A DNA stretch of 24,426 nucleotides from a virus (taxonomy: Duplodnaviria; Caudoviricetes), in IMG/VR virus record IMGVR_UViG_3300029775_000018, positions 1 through 24,426 of that record; one strand, given 5' to 3'. Below the pieces are notes generated by a model. It searched no databases, was not told the origin of the DNA, and worked only from the letters and a program-made list of their open reading frames with translations. Positions 17,394 to 24,424 of the stretch are shown here, in pieces; positions within the stretch are counted from its first letter, which is position 1; every line of letters starts with the position of its first letter. Both the position numbers and the translations under genes were made by a program.

Positions 17394-19246
17394 TTACGGT
17401 TCTATAAGTGGTAAATTCTCGTCTAAAAATTCCTTTATACGTTCAGCTATAGCCTTGGCTACGGTTGTCGTTACAGCGTTTCCGAATTGCTTGTATGCTT
17501 GGCTATTGCTTACTACTTGGTTCCATGTATCCATTGGGAAGCCTTGAAGCCTTCCGTACTCCGTCGGTGTAAGCTTTCTAACCCTGTAACGGCTATAATC
17601 AAATACTTTTATATGGTGTGTTCCACCAGATACAGCGGTTACGGTAGGGCTTAAACCTTCTGGGTCGTGTACTCGTCGGCTGTGGTCGTGGCTCTTTATG
17701 TCTAACATTCCGACTACATCTATCTGTGGTTCTTCTACTAAAACCTTTGGACCAACACTTCTACCTAACAGGGTGGGGCTTATTCCCTCTGGACTGTAGA
17801 CCCTACGTTGACGCTCGTTATCGTTTAATACGTCTTTTGATATATCTGCAACTTTGATAATCTCACCGTCGGTAGGTTCTAGTATCTTTATCCCTTCGCC
17901 CTTATTAGTGGTTAGGGTAGGGGCTAGTCCGTCAGCGTGAAATACGTTACCGTTCATTCCTCTACCAGATGGATTACTATTAGCTACGTTCATAATTTCG
18001 GGCTGTTTTTCTAGCAATAAATTATCTTTTAGGACTGTAGTAAGCGTGTTACTTATATCATCTGGTCTTGGTTCTAGTTGCCGTATATTAGCCCATTTTT
18101 CTTTTACGTTTCCAGCTTCGTAATCTTTTCGGATAGCCTTACCGTATTCAGTTCTTACAGGTCTAAGTACGGCGCTATCTTCAAGTAGTAGCTTAGGTTC
18201 TTTATAGTCACTAGCCAGTAGCGTAGGGGTTTGTCCTACAGATGGGGTATTTTTACCGAAGTCTTTTGTATTGATAACTACAGCGTCTTCGATTACTTTT
18301 ACGCCTTGCCTACTCTGTCTTAAGGTGGGGCTAGCTTCGTCGTATACTCTAGGTTCTTTGTCATAGCCGAAAGTATCGTCTATAATTACGCCGTGTAGGT
18401 CTTGGGCTGTAAGTGTGAACATTTCTTCTTCGTCAGTCTTTGCACGTCTACCGTTTTGGCGTTTCTCTACCCGGTCGGGGGTAATAGTAGCGTGTACATA
18501 GCCTAGGCTTTCCAGCTTCTTTAAGGCTTGGTCTATAATGGTCCGTGCCTTTTCGTCGCTTATGTAGTACTTTTCGTCTACGTTAGTTTCTAAAACGCTG
18601 GATAACTTCGGTACGTAATCGTGCTGTTCAGTAGGGAATATAAATTCTGCGTCTATGTCGTCCCGGATACCTACAACGAAATACCTTTCCCTGTTCTGCG
18701 GTACGTCCCAATACTTAGAGTTGTAAAGCGTATAGTAGGCTTTATAGCCACGTTTGGCGTATTCCGTTTCTAGTATGGGAAGATATTTTCTTAATGCTTT
18801 TACGTTTTCGGCCATTATTACTAGCGGTCGCTTCTGGCTCTCTCTCTCTCTGTAGCTTCATCAAGTAGTCGCATTATTTCGAAGAACAGACCACTACGAT
18901 TAGCAGCTTTAAAATCGTCGCTTTGACAATTAGGGCAATTCTGATTATTTGTATCAAGTTTCCACTTAGTACCACAGGTGTTACATTCGGTTTCCATTCC
19001 CGCCTGGTTACCAGCGACGCTAAGGTCTTGACAAGGGAAGCCGAAAGTCCACGCTGTGGCCTTTGGTACGTCCTCTATAGTCATTGTGGTAATGTCTTTT
19101 TCTTCTACGTGGTCGCCTACATTTTCTTTGTATGTCTGTACAGCGTATTTATCAAAGTCCCAGGCTTTTTCTATATCAAAACCAGCGTCCTTAAAACCTA
19201 TACCTAGACCACCAGCACCACAAAAGAAGTCGTTTAATGTGTACAA
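17394..19246 (-). pseudogene. C5-cytosine DNA methyltransferase with multi-TRD region, frameshifted at an (AG)7 tract (ORFs 18821..19246 and 17394..18815)
   Basis: Motif I FCGAGG, IV GFPCQ and V RSGLFFE in the upstream ORF (likely TTG start at 19246 after AGGAG); VI ENV, VIII PQNRER, IX RKLTP.E..RLQGF and X YKQFGNAV in the downstream ORF. Confidence 0.88.
18838..18851. repeat. (CT)7 / (AG)7 dinucleotide microsatellite at the MTase frameshift
   Basis: Plus strand ctctctctctctct; removing one unit restores the reading frame. Confidence 0.95.
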
Positions 19247-20691
19247 TGTGTATTGCTCCTTTCTGTAGGCTGTTCGCATAACGGACAAATACCGCCCGTT
19301 TCAGCCCATGCTGTTTGTAGTTCCTCTGTAGCTTTACTAACTTCTAATATCGCTTCGCCTAAAAGCTGCTTACGGTCTTCTACAGTACGGGTTGCGTCTT
19401 CATGCTTACTAAGTAACGCTATAAGACCCTGTATTTTTAATTCTGTAGAAGTACAAGCCGTTATTTTGCCTTTTAAGGCGTTTGTAGGCTCTAGGCTAGC
19501 TAGTCTATCAATTAATGTTTTCTGTGCGTTCTGGGTTACCCTGTGCTTTCCTAGTAGGGTATTAAGCTGTTCACTATTGGTAAAATTCCTTACTACATTA
19601 GCGACAAGATTTATCGTGTCAAGAACCTTGTCAGCGGCCAGTATAGTGGCTTTGTGGCGTTTAATTAGTTCCTGTAAACCCCTGTAACGTGTCTGTATGT
19701 CCTTTAACTCTATTAGCCTAACTTCCCAATGGCTTAGGTCTTTTGTACGCTGTAACAGGCTAGGAACGTCCTTTAAATCTCGTATTAATTGGCTAGCGTT
19801 CTTACTGTCGTTTACGGCCTTCCAAAAGTCGTCTTGTAGCTTTTCTATAATCTGCTTACGGTCTTCCGATAGTCCCACAGCTTTTAGGTTTATTAGAAGG
19901 GCTGGGACCATCTGTAAAGGCTCTAATTTTTGATTAAGTTCTACAATTCGATTAGTTAGGGCTTCGTGTTGGTTCTTTTTCTCTACTAAGTCCTTTTGTA
20001 GGGATAGATTACTTTCTACTGTCTGGAAGCGTATTTCTAATCCCTCTAGGACGTTGTAATAGTCGTCTACCTCTAGGTACTCTAAAAGCTCTACGTCTAG
20101 CTGTCCTATCTGTTTGTCTGCCTGTGCTAATTCGGTTCTAGTATTATGGGTCCGTTTGTTTACGGCTCCTATGGCCTTGTCTACGACCTCTGTACCAGCC
20201 AATTTACCTAATACTTTCGCCCCGGTTCCACCTGTTTCCGATAGAAGGAAGGGGGGGTCTAACTGGAAGGCGAAGTTTAAACAGATTTCGAAGTTGTCGC
20301 CGTAGGTCTGCTTTGTAAGTCCTAGGGCGTCTTTAATTTCCTGTGGTACCTCTGCTTTTTCCCATGGTTCGGGGTATAAACTGTGTATATATGTCGTTTT
20401 ACCTTTGCGTCTGGTCTTCGTGATACTAACGCCGTTGTCAAAGTTAACTGTTACTTCTGCCTGTTCTTCCTGTTCCTTGATAGAACCGTCGGCGTTTCTT
20501 ACTGTGTATAAGAAGCCTTCGCCCTGTGGTTCGTTAAAAGCCAACCAGCGAAGCGCTCTTATAACGGCTGTTTTACCAGCGTCGCTAGGTCCCGTAATTA
20601 CGGTAAGTCCGGGGGATAGGTTAAAGCTGCTTTCCTTGTGGCTTTGAAACCCTTTTATAACTACGTCTTTAATCTCTAGCACTCTGGACAT
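19234..20691 (-). CDS. Rad50/SbcC ABC-ATPase, N-terminal half ending in a zinc-hook-like CxxC
   Basis: IKGFQSH, Walker A GPSDAGKT, Q-loop NFAFQLD, long helical region, CPLC close to the C-terminus; no signature or Walker B. Confidence 0.87.
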   Translation of the reverse strand: MSRVLEIKDVVIKGFQSHKESSFNLSPGLTVITGPSDAGKTAVIRALRWLAFNEPQGEGFLYTVRNADGSIKEQEEQAEVTVNFDNGVSITKTRRKGKTTYIHSLYPEPWEKAEVPQEIKDALGLTKQTYGDNFEICLNFAFQLDPPFLLSETGGTGAKVLGKLAGTEVVDKAIGAVNKRTHNTRTELAQADKQIGQLDVELLEYLEVDDYYNVLEGLEIRFQTVESNLSLQKDLVEKKNQHEALTNRIVELNQKLEPLQMVPALLINLKAVGLSEDRKQIIEKLQDDFWKAVNDSKNASQLIRDLKDVPSLLQRTKDLSHWEVRLIELKDIQTRYRGLQELIKRHKATILAADKVLDTINLVANVVRNFTNSEQLNTLLGKHRVTQNAQKTLIDRLASLEPTNALKGKITACTSTELKIQGLIALLSKHEDATRTVEDRKQLLGEAILEVSKATEELQTAWAETGGICPLCEQPTERSNTHCTH

Positions 20692-20903
20692 ACCCCCTTC
20701 TTAACGCTGTCTTCCAGCCATTGGATTAACATATACTTAGGTATCTTGATACTTGCCCCAATTTTTACGGCTGGGAAACCTTCAGTATGGACCAATTCGT
20801 AAGCCTGTTTTTTCCCTATGTCGAAAAGTACTTTAATGTCCATAACGGTTAACATGGCTGGTAGTTCGTCCATTGACTTATAATATGTTTGCACTTTTAC
20901 CAC
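20676..20903 (-). CDS. Excisionase-family (HTH_17) DNA-binding protein
   Basis: LTVMDI...IGKKQAYELV...FPAVKIG..IKIPK..L..W. Confidence 0.82.
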   Translation of the reverse strand: MVKVQTYYKSMDELPAMLTVMDIKVLFDIGKKQAYELVHTEGFPAVKIGASIKIPKYMLIQWLEDSVKKGVCPEC

Positions 20904-21177
20904 CTTCCTCTATAATCTCTGATATGGTGCCGTCGTTACATTGGACGGCGTAACCTTTAGCGGCTAGGGCTTCGGCTTCTTCTACTGTGAATTCAGAATA
21001 GAATACCTCTGGAACCGTCTTACCTAGGGCGTCCGCTATAAGTTCCATAGTTTCCTTGGAAGGTTGGCGGTTTCCATTTTCAAGGTGGCTAAGGTGACCC
21101 ATAGATAAGCCTGTAGCAATTACCAGGTCCTTTAGCTGTAGCCCTTGCATAATTCGGAAATACTTAATTTTATTCAT
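20878..21177 (-). CDS. XRE-family HTH regulator (Cro-like position)
   Basis: IKYFR...LS.LENGNRQPS...IADALG; start moved to ATG 21177 because GAGGTG precedes it and the track's longer start lies within the promoter. Confidence 0.85.
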   Translation of the reverse strand: MNKIKYFRIMQGLQLKDLVIATGLSMGHLSHLENGNRQPSKETMELIADALGKTVPEVFYSEFTVEEAEALAAKGYAVQCNDGTISEIIEEGGKSANIL

Positions 21178-21227
21178 TACTTTCACCACCTCAATTATTT
21201 GTCTTTGTGACAGATTGCTTTGTTTTA

Positions 21228-21242
21228 TTGTCTGTACGACAA
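21228..21242. promoter_or_regulatory. Operator-like palindrome TTGTC-N5-GACAA
   Basis: TTGTCTGTACGACAA; a second copy with one mismatch at 21199-21213. Confidence 0.65.
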
Positions 21243-21270
21243 GTATAAGGGTAAAAAATATAGCCGTCAA
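21242..21270 (-). promoter_or_regulatory. Sigma-A promoter of the early/replication operon
   Basis: TTGACG-17 nt-TATACT on the minus strand. Confidence 0.75.
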
Positions 21271-21299
21271 TAAGCCACTTGTCTAGGTGTAAACAGATA

Positions 21300-21319
21300 T
21301 TTGTACTCTTTAATACTCT
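21300..21319 (-). repeat. 20-bp repeat, inverted copy of 23822-23841
   Basis: Reverse complement reads AGAGTATTAAAGAGTACAAA. Confidence 0.85.
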
Positions 21320-21390
21320 TTGATAATCCGTCTTTTATCTCTGTTTATCCCTAATTACTTAAAAATAATTTTTTAAATGTAGTACGGCCA

Positions 21391-22128
21391 CTAATTTATA
21401 GCCGTACTAATCATTTTACGATTTACGACGTAATGCGTTCCAGTTCCCATTATAGATTTAAGACGCTCCATAAGGGCGGAATGGTCTGTCGTTTCAAATT
21501 CCTTCTTATTCGTGGCAATAGGTCCGTTGTCAGCATATTCAATTTCCCATGTGTGTAATGTATATTTCATAATTCTTTTCCTCTCTTTCGTTTTAGGTTT
21601 TGGCGTTGCTTGTGCTTCCTGTAGCTGTAATAGTGTTTCGCCCTGTGGTAGACCTCGTATCTGTTCTACGATACTTTTACTAAGTGACTGGTTTATGGTC
21701 TTCATAAATTGAGGGAATAACTGATTAGCCACTTTATTGGCTGCCCTGTCTACTAATTGTTCTGGCGTAAGCTGAACACCTCTTAAGGTTTCTCCCAGCT
21801 TGTTAAAGGCTGTTATATAGTTTTCCTTAAACTTCATAGCCTTTACGCCTGTATATCCGATAGCCACCATAGTAAAGCCGTCACGTGTTAGAATGTACAT
21901 GGGTTGTTCCTTGTTTTGCTCGTTTAGGTAGTAGGACAATCCAAAATTGGATAGTCCGAATTGCTCGGAAACATAAGGTAGTATCTTTTCCCTAATATCC
22001 CTTAGTACTTTATGGTGGTCCTTTTCGAAGTACTCGGCTACCTTTAGACTGGTAGTGACAGGTCTTTCGTTATCCAGTATTACTAATTCGTTGTCCTGTG
22101 CGTATTTGGTAATTTGTTCTAGGTTCAT
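21391..22128 (-). CDS. Rha-family phage regulatory protein / antirepressor
   Basis: VTTSLKVAEYFEKDHHKVLRDIR...QPMYILTRDGFTMVAIGYTG.KAMKFK..YI.AFN; start at ATG 22128 after GGGGGTG. Confidence 0.9.
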   Translation of the reverse strand: MNLEQITKYAQDNELVILDNERPVTTSLKVAEYFEKDHHKVLRDIREKILPYVSEQFGLSNFGLSYYLNEQNKEQPMYILTRDGFTMVAIGYTGVKAMKFKENYITAFNKLGETLRGVQLTPEQLVDRAANKVANQLFPQFMKTINQSLSKSIVEQIRGLPQGETLLQLQEAQATPKPKTKERKRIMKYTLHTWEIEYADNGPIATNKKEFETTDHSALMERLKSIMGTGTHYVVNRKMISTAIN

Positions 22129-22193
22129 GTTTTCACCCCCTTCCATAATCGTTTGTTTTCATCTTATTGTGTCATTTGTAATTCTGTAATGTC

Positions 22194-22222
22194 ATTATAC
22201 ATCTTATAATTTATAGTGTCAA
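22194..22222 (-). promoter_or_regulatory. Consensus sigma-A promoter for the Rha gene
   Basis: TTGACA-17 nt-TATAAT on the minus strand. Confidence 0.85.
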
Positions 22223-22262
22223 GTGTTATTTGAAATAATTTTATTTATTTTGAAATCACAGA

Positions 22263-22291
22263 TTGACAATTGAAACTGAATAATGTATAAT
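22263..22291 (+). promoter_or_regulatory. Consensus sigma-A promoter for the divergent HTH gene
   Basis: TTGACA-17 nt-TATAAT. Confidence 0.85.
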
Positions 22292-22305
22292 TGTCACATA
22301 GACAA
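22291..22305. promoter_or_regulatory. Operator-like palindrome TTGTC-N5-GACAA
   Basis: TTGTCACATAGACAA, starting on the last base of the -10 box. Confidence 0.65.
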
Positions 22306-22325
22306 CTTGAAAGGGGGTGGTGTAT

Positions 22326-22538
22326 ATGGGAATGTCTGAAAAGATAAAGATAGTCTTGCTTAAAAAGAAAATGACAGTAACTAAGTTGGCAGAAAAGATA
22401 GGGTCGTCCTCTCAAAACCTTAGCAACAAACTAAGCCAGGACAACTTTAGGGAAAAGGAATTACAGGAAATAGCCGAAGCACTAGACTGTGACTACGAAG
22501 CGAATTTCGTACTAAGGGATACAGGCGAAAAAGTGTAA
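22326..22538 (+). CDS. Small XRE/Cro-like HTH regulator
   Basis: MTVTKLAEKIGSSSQNLSNKL...EL.EIAEALDC; GGGGGTG SD before ATG 22326. Confidence 0.85.
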   Translation: MGMSEKIKIVLLKKKMTVTKLAEKIGSSSQNLSNKLSQDNFREKELQEIAEALDCDYEANFVLRDTGEKV

Positions 22539-22541
22539 AAT

Positions 22542-22579
22542 AAAAAACCTATTTACTTTTGATAGTAGATAGGTTTTTT
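22542..22579. terminator. Intrinsic, potentially bidirectional terminator
   Basis: AAAAAACCTATTTACT-tttgat-AGTAGATAGGTTTTTT right after the stop codon. Confidence 0.8.
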
Positions 22580-22580
22580 A

Positions 22581-22608
22581 TTGCCATTTTATAAAGTTGT
22601 GCTATACT
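22581..22608 (+). promoter_or_regulatory. Sigma-A promoter with extended -10
   Basis: TTGCCA-16 nt-TATACT with TGn. Confidence 0.65.
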
Positions 22609-22622
22609 TGTCTTAAAGACAA
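22608..22622. promoter_or_regulatory. Operator-like palindrome TTGTC-N5-GACAA
   Basis: TTGTCTTAAAGACAA, starting on the last base of the -10 box. Confidence 0.65.
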
Positions 22623-22644
22623 ATATAGTTAAGAAGGTGGATAG

Positions 22645-22953
22645 ATGTTAGGTAAGAAAATATGTGTATACTGTGGTAAAAAAGCTAAACTTAATACTAA
22701 TAATATTTGTACAGATTGCCAGAAGGTGCTATTTCCGTTATTTCAGCGTGATACGGCTTTAATAAACGAAAGTCTACAGATAATGGAAACGTCGAGAAAT
22801 AAAGAAACAATACTAGGTAGACGTGATTTTATATTAGCTGTATGTAACAGAATTCAGGTAGATTATTTAGATATAGGTATAGAATTATTTGTAGATATTC
22901 CAGCTGTAATAAAGCACGCCAACGACTTACTTATAACAAGATTATCGGAATAA
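22645..22953 (+). CDS. Hypothetical accessory protein with N-terminal zinc finger
   Basis: CVYC...CTDC; AAGGTGG SD; own promoter; AT-rich. Confidence 0.65.
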   Translation: MLGKKICVYCGKKAKLNTNNICTDCQKVLFPLFQRDTALINESLQIMETSRNKETILGRRDFILAVCNRIQVDYLDIGIELFVDIPAVIKHANDLLITRLSE

Positions 22954-23451
22954 TTGGTCGTAAAGTCTACGTAGTTCATGTTTCATAAGTTCGGGTAAAA
23001 CTTCTTCTATTTTCATCATAGATTTATCAAACATATGGGCACCCTCTATAACCTTACCAGTAAGGACCATTCCAGTTTTGTGACCTGGTATGTAATGGAA
23101 GGTACCGCTACGCCATTCGCCGGGAACGAAACGCCCTTTCTTTTGGGTAAAACCTTCCTCTACAGCTGCGGCGTACTCTACGTTAGTTCCGTACACAACA
23201 TAAGAAGTTTTACCTATTTGCAACTTAAAATAACTTTCTGGTGCGCCGAATTGTAAACTGTTCTGCAATCGACCTGTACGTTTAGGTGTTTTGTCGTACG
23301 CTTCTTCCAGCCCTGCCATGGCGGCACTACGAAGTACCCGACTATGTAAAGTTTCTAGTTCAGCCTTACTACAGGTTTTATTTAACCAATCTATCCATTT
23401 ATCGAAATTCTTATCTAACTTAAAATATTTGTTTTTAGCCATACGAAACAC
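22942..23451 (-). CDS. HK97 gp10-like (neck/tail-completion family) protein
   Basis: TPKRTGRLQNS...VYGTNVEYAAAVEEG...G.HMF; start may be ATG 23442 after AAGGAG. Confidence 0.78.
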   Translation of the reverse strand: MFRMAKNKYFKLDKNFDKWIDWLNKTCSKAELETLHSRVLRSAAMAGLEEAYDKTPKRTGRLQNSLQFGAPESYFKLQIGKTSYVVYGTNVEYAAAVEEGFTQKKGRFVPGEWRSGTFHYIPGHKTGMVLTGKVIEGAHMFDKSMMKIEEVLPELMKHELRRLYDQLFR

Positions 23452-23462
23452 TCCTTTAAAAT

Positions 23463-23490
23463 ATTATACCACGGTAAAGGGTGTTGTCAA
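23463..23490 (-). promoter_or_regulatory. Sigma-A promoter for the gp10-like gene
   Basis: TTGACA-16 nt-TATAAT with TGn extended -10. Confidence 0.7.
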
Positions 23491-23821
23491 TAAGAAAACC
23501 AATTGTCTTACAGTCATAAAACGATGGTCAAAAAATATATAAAATCAAAAAATTAAGAAGGGGGTAGTAGGGTCTACTATTAAAACAACCAATGTAAAAG
23601 TTATATACCCCCCTAAAAAATTTAACAACCAATATATTATATAATATATATATAAACTAATAAATAATATATTATATATAGTATATAGTTAGTATCTATT
23701 AAGTATAGTATGAAATACTAGAGGGTTTTATAGCTGTAGTTCTTCTTGTTTTAGGCTTTTAAATTGTACTTCGTTTTACTACATTCCGTACTACGAAGCC
23801 CCAATAAACAGGGTATAAAAT

Positions 23822-23847
23822 AGAGTATTAAAGAGTACAAAAGAGTA
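23822..23847 (+). repeat. Three AGAGTA direct repeats at 10-bp period
   Basis: AGAGTAttaaAGAGTAcaaaAGAGTA. Confidence 0.8.
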
Positions 23848-23862
23848 ATTCACAAACAAAGG

Positions 23863-23906
23863 TAAACCCCTACAAGTTCAGCGTTTAAGCCACTTCTAGG
23901 GGTTTA
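23863..23906. repeat. 15-bp inverted repeat near the putative prophage end
   Basis: TAAACCCCTACAAGT-14 nt-ACTTCTAGGGGTTTA, one mismatch. Confidence 0.75.
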
Positions 23907-24018
23907 TATAGATAGTTTTAATGACATTATACCGGGTGAACTTAATCACGATGAAATTACAATATTTCCACCACATCCAAGGGATATAATGTAGTTATTG
24001 TATCAATACAATAAATTG

Positions 24019-24062
24019 AAAAAAATCTCTTCACTTACAAAATAAGATGAAGAGATTTTTTT
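24019..24062. terminator. Intrinsic bidirectional terminator
   Basis: Perfect 15-bp arms AAAAAAATCTCTTCA / TGAAGAGATTTTTTT. Confidence 0.85.
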
Positions 24063-24136
24063 GTAAGCTACTATAAACGGGTATATAGTTATCATACTTA
24101 AGCAAAGTAAATAATTTTTTTTATTTTCTATAATGC

Positions 24137-24165
24137 TTGAAAAATTTGTAATAAAATGTTAAAAT
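24137..24165 (+). promoter_or_regulatory. Possible sigma-A promoter
   Basis: TTGAAA-17 nt-TAAAAT with TGn; AT-rich context lowers specificity. Confidence 0.45.
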
Positions 24166-24208
24166 TGGACGAGGACTATAAAATGAATTTAGTTCTGGAG
24201 GAAAGATT

Positions 24209-24424
24209 GTGAAAAAATTAATTACTTTTTTAGATGCTGGAAAATATGAAAATGTTTTTTATAGTTATAATGATAAAAAGGTATATACTAAGTTTGTACA
24301 AGAAGCAGTATGTAATATTGTTGGCAGCGATACACAAGTTATAATATTTATTTTTAAAAAAAATGCTTGTATAGGTGAAATAAAAAACAGTTGTCCTGAT
24401 TATTGGATAGATGATAATATATAA
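24209..24424 (+). pseudogene. Short ORF resembling the N-terminus of TM1812/Csx1-type CARF CRISPR-associated proteins
   Basis: GGAGG SD; KKLITFLDAGKY..V.Y....K...TKFVQEAV recalls the FLGxGxY...TxFVQEAL start of that family; stops after 71 aa. Confidence 0.45.

Larger units (their letters stand above)
1..23920. mobile_element. Prophage arm (control, recombination and replication modules)
   Basis: Phage-type gene content and dense coupling; composition shift and repeats near 23.8-23.9 kb; left end and integrase lie outside the window. Confidence 0.8.

Noticed and set aside
17598-18494. Diversity-generating retroelement or shufflon acting on the MTase TRD array
   Set aside because: No reverse transcriptase or invertase in the window and no near-identical nucleotide repeats seen between modules
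21178-21270. N-terminal extension of the XRE ORF given in the track
   Set aside because: Runs through the promoter and operators; the SD supports ATG 21177
531-21712. Numerous plus-strand ORFs of 60-190 aa (e.g. 6587..7150, 6092..6487, 19253..19687, 11554..11931)
   Set aside because: Antisense shadows of well-supported minus-strand genes; Ser/Leu-rich, no SD or motifs
23035-23542. Plus-strand ORFs 23035..23256 and 23291..23542
   Set aside because: Antisense to the gp10-like gene and its promoter; no SD or recognisable features
23500-24200. tRNA, tmRNA or CRISPR array at the putative integration site
   Set aside because: No cloverleaf or T-loop motif and no regularly spaced repeat-spacer units seen
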